NCBI GenBank assembly: GCA_965552055.1
Contig: CBEVQO010000010.1
Span: forward strand, 16,712-80,711
Direction: 5' to 3'
Source: an uncultured bacterium
GTDB taxonomy: Bacteria; Hydrothermota; UBA3073; NMUJ01; CBEVQO01
Length of the DNA stretch: 64,000 bases
The notes beneath the pieces were generated by a model that saw only the letters and a list, made by a program, of their open reading frames with translations, was not told the DNA's origin and made no database searches. Position 1 is the stretch's first letter, and each line of letters starts with the position of its first letter. The position numbers and the translations under genes are program-made. Shown here piece after piece: positions 10,124 to 19,773 of the stretch.

Positions 10124-12190
10124 ATGGCAATTAAAGAAATTAGAAAACGCGATGGCAGGGTTGTTCCTTTTGATAAGACAAAGATTGCAAATGCTATTTT
10201 TAAGGCTGCAAAAGCAGTTGGTGGAAAGGATTATAACCTTGCTATGCGCCTGGCTGATAAAGTCGTTGAATTGCTCGAAAAACAGGTAAAAAACAGAATC
10301 CCCAGTGTCGAAGAAGTGCAGGACCTTGTTGAAAAGGTGCTTATTGAGGAAGGACACGCTAAAACCGCAAAAGCATACATCCTTTATAGAGAACAGCATA
10401 GAAGAATTAGAAACATCAGGGAGATAATTCTTGATGTGCAGAATGTTGTTGATGGATATTTGATGCACACCGACTGGAGGTCCCGTGAGAACGCAAATAT
10501 GGATTTTTCAATGTCAGGACTTATGATGCATGCTGCGAGCTCCGTTATCGCCCGTTATGTGCTCGATGCCGTTTATCCACGCGAAGTAGCAGATGCACAT
10601 ATCAGAGGCGACCTACACATTCATGACCTCGGTATGGGACTATGTGGATACTGCGCTGGATGGAGTTTGCGCCAACTGCTTGCAGAGGGGTTTAACGGCG
10701 TACCACGCAAAGTAGAAGCAGCACCACCCCGTCACTTTGATACCGCACTAGGACAAATGGTAAATTTCCTCGGTACTTTGCAAAACGAATGGGCAGGAGC
10801 AATGGCATTCTCATCTTTTGACACTTATCTTGCACCATTTGTCAGAAAAGATAGGTTAACTTATTCACAGGTAAAACAGGCAATTCAAAAATTTATCTTT
10901 TCTGTGAATGTAGCATCAAGATGGGGTGGTCAAACTCCCTTTGTAAACCTCACGCTTGACATAGTGCCACCGGAAGACCTCGCTGATGACTGGGTAACGA
11001 TTGATGGAGAATACAAATCAACTTTTGGGAAATATGGAGATTTTGTGGAAGAAATGAGGATGATTAACAGAGCATTCATAGAGGTATTGATGGAAGGGGA
11101 CAAATCTGGTAGGGTTTTCACTTTCCCAATTCCTACTTATAACATCACAAAAGATTTTCCATGGGATGATGAAATCGTTGACCTTCTCTTTCAGATGACA
11201 GCAAAATACGGTTTGCCTTATTTTGCCAATTTCGTAAATAGCGATTTGAAGCCAACGGATATAAGGTCGATGTGCTGTCATCTGCGTCTTGATTTGCGTG
11301 AACTACAGCGAAATGTAACATCAGGACTATTTGGCTCAGCAGAATGCACAGGTTCTGTTGGTGTAGTAACAATCAATATGCCGCGCATAGGATACTTATC
11401 GGAAGACAAAGAAGAATTTTTCGCAAGATTAGAATATCTGATGGATATTGCAAAAACAGCATTGGAAGTTAAGAGAGAAGTAGTTGAAAAGAATATAGAA
11501 GCAGGATTGTTGCCTTACACAAAGCGTTATCTCGGCAATTTAAACAACCATTTCTCAACAATAGGTCTTGTTGGTATGAATGAAGCATGTCTCAACTTTA
11601 TGGGTAAAGATTTGGGCGACCCAGAAGCCCGTAAATTCGCAGTCGAAGTGCTCGATTTTATGCTCGAAAAATTAAAAGATTATCAGGAAGAAACAGGGCA
11701 TCTCTACAACCTTGAAGCAACACCAGCAGAAGCAGCATCTTATAGATTGGCACGACTTGACAAAAAGTATTATCCTGATATTATAACGGCAGGAGAAAAT
11801 GTGCCTTATTACACAAACTCAACGATGCTACCAGTAAATTATACGGACGATGTATTCGAACTCTTTGAATTGCAGGAAGAACTCCAGACAAAATACACAG
11901 GTGGAACAGTTTTACATGTTTTCCTTGGTGAAGAAATAGACCCCAAAGTTTGTAAAAACCTCGTAAGGAAATTATGCGAAAATTATAGGGTGCCATATTT
12001 TACGATAACACCTACATTTTCGATTTGCCCTGACCACGGGTATCTGCGCGGCAAACACGAAGTATGTCCAAAGTGTGGAAAACCTGCAGAAGTTTATTCA
12101 AGGGTGGTGGGATATTACAGACCCGTGCAAAACTGGAATGACGGCAAATTAGAAGAATTCAGACAGAGAAAAGTAATAAAAGTCAGATAA
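10124..12190 (+). CDS. nrdD: Anaerobic (class III) ribonucleoside-triphosphate reductase with ATP cone
   Basis: IRKRDGRVVPFD ATP cone, HIHDL, RSMCC.L, EATPAE, C..HG...CP.CG and glycyl-radical motif YSRVVGYYRPV. Confidence 0.97.
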   Translation: MAIKEIRKRDGRVVPFDKTKIANAIFKAAKAVGGKDYNLAMRLADKVVELLEKQVKNRIPSVEEVQDLVEKVLIEEGHAKTAKAYILYREQHRRIRNIREIILDVQNVVDGYLMHTDWRSRENANMDFSMSGLMMHAASSVIARYVLDAVYPREVADAHIRGDLHIHDLGMGLCGYCAGWSLRQLLAEGFNGVPRKVEAAPPRHFDTALGQMVNFLGTLQNEWAGAMAFSSFDTYLAPFVRKDRLTYSQVKQAIQKFIFSVNVASRWGGQTPFVNLTLDIVPPEDLADDWVTIDGEYKSTFGKYGDFVEEMRMINRAFIEVLMEGDKSGRVFTFPIPTYNITKDFPWDDEIVDLLFQMTAKYGLPYFANFVNSDLKPTDIRSMCCHLRLDLRELQRNVTSGLFGSAECTGSVGVVTINMPRIGYLSEDKEEFFARLEYLMDIAKTALEVKREVVEKNIEAGLLPYTKRYLGNLNNHFSTIGLVGMNEACLNFMGKDLGDPEARKFAVEVLDFMLEKLKDYQEETGHLYNLEATPAEAASYRLARLDKKYYPDIITAGENVPYYTNSTMLPVNYTDDVFELFELQEELQTKYTGGTVLHVFLGEEIDPKVCKNLVRKLCENYRVPYFTITPTFSICPDHGYLRGKHEVCPKCGKPAEVYSRVVGYYRPVQNWNDGKLEEFRQRKVIKVR

Positions 12191-12193
12191 TTA

Positions 12194-12574
12194 ATGCAAA
12201 TAGAAGAAAAAATCAAAGAATTTTTTAAAAGATACGACTTTGTAGAGCTCGTTTATTTATTTGGTTCACTGGCAAAGGGCAAATCAACGGAAAAAAGCGA
12301 TGTTGACATAGCGGTATTGTTGCCACATTATTTCGACAAAATAAAATGCTTCAAATTACAGATAGAATTTATTGGTAAACTCTGTTTAATCTTAAAAAGA
12401 AATGATGTTGATGTGGTAATCTTAAACATTGCTCCGCCCCTTCTAAAATACATTGTTGCGACTACCGGGAAGGTAATTTATGAAAAGAAAAAAGGATTAA
12501 ATCACGATTTTTTCTGCAAGGCATTAAACGAATATTTTGATTACAAAATCACAATGAAATACTATGGAAAATGA
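12194..12574 (+). CDS. mntA: Minimal nucleotidyltransferase (MntA-type antitoxin)
   Basis: YLFGSLAKG....SDVDIAV, VDVVILN.APPLL. Confidence 0.9.
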   Translation: MQIEEKIKEFFKRYDFVELVYLFGSLAKGKSTEKSDVDIAVLLPHYFDKIKCFKLQIEFIGKLCLILKRNDVDVVILNIAPPLLKYIVATTGKVIYEKKKGLNHDFFCKALNEYFDYKITMKYYGK

Positions 12575-12962
12575 AGTTATAAAAAGATTAAAAGAACTTT
12601 TTTATGAGCAATACGAAAAGTTATGTGAAATAACAAAGCATTCCAGAGAAGAATATCTGAAAGATAAAGACCTGCAGGCAATTTGTGAGCGCAAACTACA
12701 GGTAAGTATTCAGATTTGCATAGACATGGCAAATAGATTGATAAGTTTAAACAAATGGGAAAAACCAGAATCATATGCAGAGGCATTTGAAGTGTTATAC
12801 AGGCACAATGTTATCGATAAAAATATGTTTAATGCAATGGCAAAATTTGCAGGGTTAAGAAATTTACTGGTGCACGGATATGCAAAAATAATGCAGGAAG
12901 CACTTTATGATACTATAAAAAATGACTTAAAATATTTAAAAAATTTTGTCGATAATTTTTAG
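12564..12962 (+). CDS. hepT: HEPN/DUF86 toxin (HepT-type)
   Basis: ER.LQ..IQ..ID and RNLLVHGY (R-X4-H-X-Y) motif; overlaps the MNT gene. Confidence 0.9.
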   Translation: MENEVIKRLKELFYEQYEKLCEITKHSREEYLKDKDLQAICERKLQVSIQICIDMANRLISLNKWEKPESYAEAFEVLYRHNVIDKNMFNAMAKFAGLRNLLVHGYAKIMQEALYDTIKNDLKYLKNFVDNF

Positions 12963-13126
12963 CCCCGCCTCCGCTGTCCCCACCTTCCCGATTAAGTCAG
13001 CCCACTACTATCGCTAAAAATACGCAGTCAGCAGATAAAGTCAAAACCCCTGCCATAACCCACATCACCGTAATGGGCTGACATATCAACCCTTATGTAA
13101 CATGCTCGCTTCCGCTCGCATTACAT
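12957..13126. repeat. GC-rich intergenic repeat, long copy with internal inverted repeats
   Basis: Same ends as 9541-9610; GTCAGCCCACTAC (12996-13008) pairs with GTAATGGGCTGAC (13070-82); terminal hairpin ATGTAA..TGC/GCATTACAT. Confidence 0.7.
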
Positions 13127-13140
13127 CAAAAATTTTTGGC

Positions 13141-13167
13141 TTGACAAAATCAAAAATTGACTATCTT
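13141..13167 (+). promoter_or_regulatory. tRNA-Glu promoter, TTGACA-N15-TATCTT
   Basis: -35 at 13141-46, -10 at 13162-67. Confidence 0.6.
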
Positions 13168-13175
13168 ATTATGTG

Positions 13176-13247
13176 GGCCCCATGGTCTAACGGCTAGGAC
13201 GCCAGATTCTCAGTCTGGAGGTCGGGGTTCAAATCCCCGTGGGGCCA
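13176..13247 (+). tRNA. tRNA-Glu(CTC), CCA not encoded
   Basis: Acceptor GGCCCCA/TGGGGCC, anticodon arm CCAGA-TTCTCAG-TCTGG, T-loop GTTCAAATC. Confidence 0.96.
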
Positions 13248-13643
13248 CTAAGTCTTTGATAAAAAATAAATCGCAAGAACAGCAAAAATTATACCAAAAA
13301 TCTTATAAAAATTTAACTCCTCTTTCAAAACTAAAATACCTAAAATCGCAGGCAACAGTATGTAAAGACCAGTAAGAGGAACAAGAAAAGAAACCTCATA
13401 TCTCTTTATAGCATAATAAAACAAAACCGTACCTATTCCACTGATAACACCAAGCATAAAGGCATAAAATCCATAATTTAATTTTACATTTGAAGGGTTT
13501 TTAATCACAAAGAATAAAAGCAAAAGTGTGGTGCCAAGATAAGATATAAATCCGAGCCATTGCCATGACATATAACGGGATAAAATTTTGGTAAAAAAGC
13601 CCCACAATCCCCAGAAAAATATTATCAAAAGTGCATATTTCAT
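13248..13643 (-). CDS. EamA/DMT-family membrane protein (single domain)
   Basis: FFWGLWGFF.K, FYYA, VPLT..Y, LKEEL...KI.GI. Confidence 0.88.
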   Translation of the reverse strand: MKYALLIIFFWGLWGFFTKILSRYMSWQWLGFISYLGTTLLLLFFVIKNPSNVKLNYGFYAFMLGVISGIGTVLFYYAIKRYEVSFLVPLTGLYILLPAILGILVLKEELNFYKIFGIIFAVLAIYFLSKT

Positions 13644-14086
13644 AAAAGTGAAACAGCTAAATTAACCGCTTCTTCTGGGGTGGCAGCTTTTATCACCCCT
13701 TCAATATCCCATGTTCTTAAGCCCACAACCTTTTTACCTATATTGAGAGCAATCGAAATCTCACTCAAAGTGCCATATTTGCCATCTATTGCGATTAAAA
13801 CATCGGAAGTCCTGACAACAAGAACATTCCTCATCACACCCATACCTGTGGGTATCACAATATCGCAATATTCATTTGCATCTTCTTTCCTATCGGATGG
13901 AATTATACCAATAGTTAAGCCACCTGCTTCTTTTGCACCCTTACAAACAGCTTCCATAACACCTGTTAAGCCACCGCAACAAACTAAAAAGCCATTCTCA
14001 GCAATAAGCTTACCAACACGATACGAAAGCTCATAAACATCAGCATTAATAACACTCCCTCCAATAACCCCTATTATTTTGCGCAT
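13640..14086 (-). CDS. TIGR00725-family (LOG/SLOG) protein
   Basis: CGGLTGVMEAVCKGA, TGMG..RN, G.YGTLSEI. Confidence 0.92.
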   Translation of the reverse strand: MRKIIGVIGGSVINADVYELSYRVGKLIAENGFLVCCGGLTGVMEAVCKGAKEAGGLTIGIIPSDRKEDANEYCDIVIPTGMGVMRNVLVVRTSDVLIAIDGKYGTLSEISIALNIGKKVVGLRTWDIEGVIKAATPEEAVNLAVSLL

Positions 14087-14907
14087 TACTCTGATTTGGA
14101 TTTCTTTAAACTTCTTGCAAGTCCACTAAATTCAGAATAGAAAAGTAAATTTCCATGTATCACGATTCCTGCAAGCCCACTTTCAGCCAGAGGATAAGCT
14201 ACTGCAAAATCAGTTGCAAAATGCGGAGTAAAATAATGCCTTACGCCAAATAAAGCCACATCAAAGTTTTCAAATTTATTCCTTTCGTAAATTAGTTTGG
14301 GTAACCTGCTTAACTCAAACATAAGATAAGTAATTTCTTTTACAGGATAGGTAACACCAAATGCATATCCCCATGTTCGCGAAATTATCCCTTTCTCTTT
14401 CTCAAGAGGCTCAATAGGATGTTCGTATTTACTTATAATTTTGCTTTCACTAAAATTGAAATTTAAATAAAACGAAAATTTATTTAAGGTCAGCCTTTGC
14501 ATAACATACAAAGCACCATATTTAATGCTGTAATTATAGTAGTCAGCACCTGCCCATGCACCGGGTTCCTCTCCTGTAAAGTAAACCATACCTCCTGGTT
14601 GTGCTATTACAGTGGATTTAAAAAGCAAACTAAAAGCATAATTCTTTCGCATAAAGCCGAATTTCACTCCACTGACAGGGAAAATCAAAATCCCTTTACC
14701 CATACTCGCAAATAAATTTAAAAGACCAATTTCAATCTCACTGATACCTCCCACTCCTGCATTTATGGCAGATACAACGAAATATTCCTGGGGCGCGTAA
14801 GTAGCAGCACCTCCTGTGATGCCAATCTTACCAGATGGCATAACATCTGCAACAGGATTTAAAAACAGTCTCCATACAAAACTTGAAAAAATTAAAAAAT
14901 GTAGCAT
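14086..14907 (-). CDS. Hypothetical exported/outer-membrane protein (possibly YjbH-like)
   Basis: RLFLNPVADVMP N-terminal motif, beta-strand-like alternation; SD GGAGG. Confidence 0.55.
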   Translation of the reverse strand: MLHFLIFSSFVWRLFLNPVADVMPSGKIGITGGAATYAPQEYFVVSAINAGVGGISEIEIGLLNLFASMGKGILIFPVSGVKFGFMRKNYAFSLLFKSTVIAQPGGMVYFTGEEPGAWAGADYYNYSIKYGALYVMQRLTLNKFSFYLNFNFSESKIISKYEHPIEPLEKEKGIISRTWGYAFGVTYPVKEITYLMFELSRLPKLIYERNKFENFDVALFGVRHYFTPHFATDFAVAYPLAESGLAGIVIHGNLLFYSEFSGLARSLKKSKSE

Positions 14908-14928
14908 AATACCTCCTTTTTTCCTTAC

Positions 14929-15004
14929 TGGTCGGGGGGACCGGATTTGAACCGGCGACCTCTGCGTCCCGAACGCAGCGCTCTAACCACTGAGCTACCC
15001 CCCG
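14929..15004 (-). tRNA. tRNA-Pro(CGG), CCA encoded
   Basis: CGGGGGG TAGCTCAG...CTGCG-TTCGGGA-CGCAG...GGTTCAAATCC...CCCCCCG ACCA. Confidence 0.97.
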
Positions 15005-15657
15005 AAACCATATTTGCCAATCAATGGAACAAAAGCACAATCAAAAAATTCTTCAACCTCTTTTTCACCTTTTATCTTCCTTACTCTAACTAGAACCTGT
15101 GAAAATCTTCCGCCAATAGGTATCACCAATCTGCCTCCTTCTTTGAGCTGCTTAAATAAAGGCTCCGGAATATCAGGAGCACCCGCAGTAACAAGTATCG
15201 CATCATAAGGAGAAAATTCCTCCCAACCCTCACTGCCATCACCCACCTTTATCTTTATATTCAAATAACCAAGTTTGTCAAGCAATTTCTTTGCCCTAAA
15301 AGCTAAACTTTCTAACCTTTCAACACTGTAAACCTCTTCCGCAATCTCCGCTAAAATCGCTGTTTGATAACCACTACCTGTGCCAATTTCAAGTACACGC
15401 TCACCACCCCTTAATTCAAGTAATTCAGTCATAATAGCAACCATATAAGGCTGGGATATCGTCTGGTCTTCACCTATTGGCAAAGGATAATCTTCATACG
15501 CTTCTTTTCTCAAATTTTCCGGAACAAATAAATGACGCTTAACCTTCAACATCGCTTTCAAAACCAGAGGATCCTTAACGCCACGCCTCTTTATCTGAAA
15601 TTCTACCATCTCTTTCCTTTTCTCATCAAAATACTTCTCATCTATAGTTCGCATCAA
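14995..15657 (-). CDS. pcm: Protein-L-isoaspartate O-methyltransferase
   Basis: [35 protein letters not shown]; downstream of surE. Confidence 0.97.
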   Translation of the reverse strand: MMRTIDEKYFDEKRKEMVEFQIKRRGVKDPLVLKAMLKVKRHLFVPENLRKEAYEDYPLPIGEDQTISQPYMVAIMTELLELRGGERVLEIGTGSGYQTAILAEIAEEVYSVERLESLAFRAKKLLDKLGYLNIKIKVGDGSEGWEEFSPYDAILVTAGAPDIPEPLFKQLKEGGRLVIPIGGRFSQVLVRVRKIKGEKEVEEFFDCAFVPLIGKYGFGG

Positions 15658-16373
15658 AAATTTATCTCCTTTAAATCTTTCAACTTGTTAATCATTTCTT
15701 CCGCAGTAAGGTCAATTTTTAAGGGCGTAATTGATATATATCCTTCCATTATTGCTTCTATATCCGTTCCCTTTTCCTTCTGATGCACGGGAACACCCCT
15801 TATCTCGTAGCAATTTCTACCTACTTTGCGCAAAACATCCTGATACTCCCTGTTACCCAGCCTCGTAATTTTTATTCCTTTTGGTTCTGGCGGTATATTC
15901 ACATTCAAAAAAACACCCTCGGGTAATCCCATTTTCAGATACTTTTTCACAAATTCAAGGATAAAATCGCGGGGTATTAGCATTTCCTTTGCATCAAATT
16001 CAGTATAAGACATTGCACATGATTTTATACCAAGTATCGTGCCCTCCATCGCAGCACCGACTGTGCCAGAATAAGTAACATCTTCACCAAGATTGGGACC
16101 CGCATTTATGCCAGATATAAGAAGATCTGGTTTGCCGACAATGTCGTAAAAGGCAACCGTAACAGCATCTGTGGGAGTGCCATCAACTCCATATACCTTT
16201 TTGCCAATTTTTTTAACTTTTATCTTATTCTTCAAAGTAATTGCATGACTTATAGCATTTCTTGGTTTCAATGGTGCAACAATGTAAACATCATAGTAAG
16301 GAGATAAAATATCAAAAAGCAAATTAATGCCCTCGGCTCTTACTCCATCATCATTTGTTAACAAAATTTTCAT
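15654..16373 (-). CDS. surE: 5'/3'-nucleotidase SurE
   Basis: [28 protein letters not shown]. Confidence 0.97.
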   Translation of the reverse strand: MKILLTNDDGVRAEGINLLFDILSPYYDVYIVAPLKPRNAISHAITLKNKIKVKKIGKKVYGVDGTPTDAVTVAFYDIVGKPDLLISGINAGPNLGEDVTYSGTVGAAMEGTILGIKSCAMSYTEFDAKEMLIPRDFILEFVKKYLKMGLPEGVFLNVNIPPEPKGIKITRLGNREYQDVLRKVGRNCYEIRGVPVHQKEKGTDIEAIMEGYISITPLKIDLTAEEMINKLKDLKEINF

Positions 16374-17035
16374 CCCAATAATAAACTTCTAACGGCTAAT
16401 CGTAAAAAACGCAAAGTATCAATTACAGGATTTATATAAGATTTCTGTCCCGCATAAATCGTTTTTACAGGTATTTCTTTTATCTTCAGACCAAGACGCC
16501 CCATCTTTATTATCATTTCAGATTCTATATCGTATTTATTCGCCTTAAGTTCAATCTTTTTATAAGACGACATTTTTACCGCCCTGTAGCCCGATTGCGA
16601 ATCTTCAACTTTTTGATGTGAAAGCAAAGAAGTAACCAAGGATGTCAATCTATTTGTCATATACCTTATAAATGGCATCTCATTTGTATTTAAATTTCTT
16701 TTTCCTATTATCAAATCATACTCTCTTTTTTCAATCTCTTTTAAAAATTTGGGCAAATCATCTGGAGAATGTTGACCATCTGCATCCATCAGGATTACAT
16801 AATCGTAATTTTTACTCAAGGCAAAATCAAGCCCTGTCCTGCAAGCTGCTCCTTTGCCACGATTTACTTCATGCCTCAAAACCTCAACTCCACATGACTT
16901 CGCTATTGAAAAAGTATTATCATAAGAACCATCATCGACGACAATAATATCTTCCACATATTTTTTTACTTCATTTATTAAATCAGGGAGATATTTTTCT
17001 TCGTTGTAGGCGGGCATTATAACCGCTATTCTCAT
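16370..17035 (-). CDS. Family 2 glycosyltransferase (DPM-synthase-like)
   Basis: PAYNEE, VVDDGS.D, NRGKG, MDADGQH, DSQSGYR. Confidence 0.93.
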   Translation of the reverse strand: MRIAVIMPAYNEEKYLPDLINEVKKYVEDIIVVDDGSYDNTFSIAKSCGVEVLRHEVNRGKGAACRTGLDFALSKNYDYVILMDADGQHSPDDLPKFLKEIEKREYDLIIGKRNLNTNEMPFIRYMTNRLTSLVTSLLSHQKVEDSQSGYRAVKMSSYKKIELKANKYDIESEMIIKMGRLGLKIKEIPVKTIYAGQKSYINPVIDTLRFLRLAVRSLLLG

Positions 17036-17841
17036 AATCTCTCATACAAATACCACTGCGTTAAATATCTATCAACATACATTTCAAAGATTTTTATCCA
17101 ATCTACAGGATTGTCAACAGGTTTTTCAAAATAAACTTTGTAATTATCTCCTTCTCTCACACAAAAAGCAGGCAAAACTTTTGCACCTGTTTTTTCAGCA
17201 ATTTTAAAGATGCCTGTGGGAAAGCGTGTTTTTATGCCAAAGAATTCAAAAAAATCACCAGTGCCTGTATAATCCCTATCTCCCAGTGTGGCAACAACTC
17301 CCCCTTTTTTTAACTGCTTAAAAACACATAGCATCGGCTCATCAAGATAAACAACTCTCATACCTGCCTTTTCTCTCCTCCTGCGATAAAAGCGCTTCAT
17401 GCCTTCATTAACCCAGGGATAAGCGATTACAAGCGGAGAATAGCCATAAACAGAAAGCATAGTGGCACCAAGCTCCCAGTTGCCAAGATGCGCAGTAAGA
17501 ACAATTGCACCTCCTTCTTTTAATGCATCATCCAGTAGCTCAATATTTTTCACTTCTAAATATCTTTCAAGGTTTTCTTTTTTATTGAATCGTGGGAGAA
17601 TCAGAAATTCATAAATAAATTTTGCGAAGTTGCGAAAATTTTTTGCTGATAATCTTCTTAAATCGAATTTCGTTAAATTCTTTTTTATCTTTTTGACATT
17701 TGCTTCCCAATTTCTTTTACCATGGGCATAAAATGTAAAATACATAAAGTCAGCAATTCTTTCTGTTATAAATACTGCTAATTTAAAAGGTAAAATATGG
17801 GAAAGACCAGCGAGTATCCAGAAAATTATTAATAATATCAT
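17032..17841 (-). CDS. Lipid A / PIM acyltransferase-family protein
   Basis: LTAHLGNWE, GDRD, FFG motifs. Confidence 0.88.
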   Translation of the reverse strand: MILLIIFWILAGLSHILPFKLAVFITERIADFMYFTFYAHGKRNWEANVKKIKKNLTKFDLRRLSAKNFRNFAKFIYEFLILPRFNKKENLERYLEVKNIELLDDALKEGGAIVLTAHLGNWELGATMLSVYGYSPLVIAYPWVNEGMKRFYRRRREKAGMRVVYLDEPMLCVFKQLKKGGVVATLGDRDYTGTGDFFEFFGIKTRFPTGIFKIAEKTGAKVLPAFCVREGDNYKVYFEKPVDNPVDWIKIFEMYVDRYLTQWYLYERL

Positions 17842-17848
17842 TTGGGAG

Positions 17849-17921
17849 TCGGGGCGAGTGGACTTGAACCACCGACCTCCAGCTCCCCATGCTGGCGCGC
17901 TAACCCCTGCGCTACGCCCCG
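17849..17921 (-). tRNA. tRNA-Pro(GGG), CCA not encoded
   Basis: CGGGGCG TAGCGCAG...CCAGC-ATGGGGA-GCTGG...GGTTCAAGTCC...CGCCCCG A. Confidence 0.95.
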
Positions 17922-18211
17922 ACAGGTCTCTCTAAAAGCTCAATAATCTCATCAATATCTTTAAGTAATTCACGCAAAAATTCATAAATATCAGGATTAT
18001 TTAACCTTTGTTTCGCTCCCTTTATGCTGTAACCCTCTTCTCTCAGCCTCTTAATCTCCATAAATTTCTTCAAATCATCTTCCGTATAAATCCTTCTACC
18101 ACGAGAATCACGCCGAGGAGTAATGCCAAACTCCCTCTCCCAATACCTGATAACATAGGGCTTCACACCCACTCTCTCCGCTATCTCTCCTATTCCAAAG
18201 AGCTTTTCCAC
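17912..18211 (-). CDS. MerR-family HTH regulator
   Basis: IGEIAERVGVKPYVIRYWE.EF...RR.Y...EGYSI.GAK; the track start 18244 is the TTG of the -35 box, likely true start GTG 18211. Confidence 0.9.
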   Translation of the reverse strand: MEKLFGIGEIAERVGVKPYVIRYWEREFGITPRRDSRGRRIYTEDDLKKFMEIKRLREEGYSIKGAKQRLNNPDIYEFLRELLKDIDEIIELLERPVGA

Positions 18212-18217
18212 AATATT

Positions 18218-18244
18218 ATTATATCCAGATTTCAAATTTGTCAA
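18218..18244 (-). promoter_or_regulatory. Perfect TTGACA-N15-TATAAT promoter, leaderless GTG 6 nt after -10
   Basis: -35 at 18244-39, -10 at 18223-18. Confidence 0.75.
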
Positions 18245-18309
18245 GTTTTAAATTTTTCAGGTGCAAATCCATATTTTGAAAAGAAAATTTCCTTCCATAA
18301 ATTAAATTT

Positions 18310-19770
18310 TTGCATCTTTTTAATATCTTTATTCTTGCTCTTTTTCTATTTCTTCTCACGCTTCCCTCTAAAAGATTTCAACAAAATAACTTTCCTAAAA
18401 GATTATCCTGTTTTTTAATATGGTCTAAAGCTAAATTTTCAAAAAAGTACTCTATATTATTGGGATTAACATTGGGATTAACGGTTTATGCTCATTTGCC
18501 ATTTTTCTTTTATTCCTTAATTTACATTCTGTTAGAAATAATTTATGACAGAAGGTTACCATTTAAAAATATCTTGATTTGCGGTGCAATTGCTTTTCTC
18601 ATCTCTTTGCCTTTTACTTATTGGTTTTTAAAATATCCATCTTATTTCATCCCAGATTTAATACCTTATAAACCCGTTAAAATGAGCTTTTCACAATTTA
18701 TGATAAAATGGGGCAAGTCAATTTTACATCGTATATTAGAAAACATAAAATTTTATGGATGGTTGAGACCCTATGAATTTTCAAGATGGAGAGGAATTAT
18801 TTTAACATTTTTGCCTATCTCTATCTTTTTATGGCATCAAAAAATAAATCGCAGATTGATATTTTATACATATTTCACAATAATTTTTGCGATTTTGAGT
18901 CCTCCTGCTTATTTTTTACTTTTCCAGAGGATTGATTTTCTCTTATCTATATTTTCACCCCTTCTATTCTTTTATTTTAGCAGATACGGTCTTTCTCCTT
19001 TGCTTTCCATTTTATGTGCATTTATGTTTTTGTGGGGAGGACTTGGAGAATATCCTCACATAAGTGACTTAAAAGAGTATGATAAAGAACTGATTGAAGA
19101 AATAGAAAAAATGGAAGGTGCTTATATTGTACTTGAGCAAAGGTCAATTCTAAATTTGGTGCAATTTGGTGCAGGAAAAAGCGAACTTCCTAAAAATCCC
19201 ACTCATTTTGAAGTGTTATTTCCACTTGAATTGAGGAAAAAATTTTTAACAGGAACGATTGAAGGTTATCATCACAGCATTTATAGAGGAAATGTCATAA
19301 ATTCAGGTGTTTTCAGAGGAAAATTGATATCAGAATATCCAGTTGACACTATTAATAAATGGCTTAAAAAATGGGGAGTGAAATATCTTGTGTTATGGAG
19401 TGAAACTTCAAAAAAATATTTTGAAAAATTCTCGGATTTCTACAAAAAAATATGGGAAGATAGTGAATGGGCGATTTTTGAATTTAAAAATGACGATTTA
19501 AATGAAGTGAAAGTGGAAGGTGGCAAAGGAAAAGTTTTAAAAGAAGGTTATTTTGAAAAAATAATAGAAGTAGAGGGCGAAAAGGGAGCAGAATGCATAA
19601 TAAGGATGAACTATTTCCCTGCCTGGCGTGCATACTGTGGAGATAAAAGGATAAATATTTACAATAAAGAAGGTCAGATTGCATTTAGATTGCCATCCAC
19701 AGGCAAACAAATCATTCGCTTGAGATTCCCAAAACTTATCTTGACAACCAGACATTTTTATTTAAAATAA
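18310..19770 (+). CDS. Membrane protein with YfhO-like C-terminus, possibly 5'-truncated
   Basis: Multiple TMs; C-terminal NYFPAWRAY; TTG start without a clear SD or promoter. Confidence 0.55.
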   Translation: MHLFNIFILALFLFLLTLPSKRFQQNNFPKRLSCFLIWSKAKFSKKYSILLGLTLGLTVYAHLPFFFYSLIYILLEIIYDRRLPFKNILICGAIAFLISLPFTYWFLKYPSYFIPDLIPYKPVKMSFSQFMIKWGKSILHRILENIKFYGWLRPYEFSRWRGIILTFLPISIFLWHQKINRRLIFYTYFTIIFAILSPPAYFLLFQRIDFLLSIFSPLLFFYFSRYGLSPLLSILCAFMFLWGGLGEYPHISDLKEYDKELIEEIEKMEGAYIVLEQRSILNLVQFGAGKSELPKNPTHFEVLFPLELRKKFLTGTIEGYHHSIYRGNVINSGVFRGKLISEYPVDTINKWLKKWGVKYLVLWSETSKKYFEKFSDFYKKIWEDSEWAIFEFKNDDLNEVKVEGGKGKVLKEGYFEKIIEVEGEKGAECIIRMNYFPAWRAYCGDKRINIYNKEGQIAFRLPSTGKQIIRLRFPKLILTTRHFYLK

Positions 19771-19773
19771 TTA

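Noticed and set aside
10124..12190. Intein or intron in nrdD
   Set aside because: Normal length and continuous motifs
12957..13126. Bona fide integron attC cassette array
   Set aside because: No clear RYYYAAC/GTTRRRY boxes and no integrase in the window; kept only as an unclassified repeat
13157..13375. 72-aa ORF (also 14828-15040)
   Set aside because: Translations through tRNA genes
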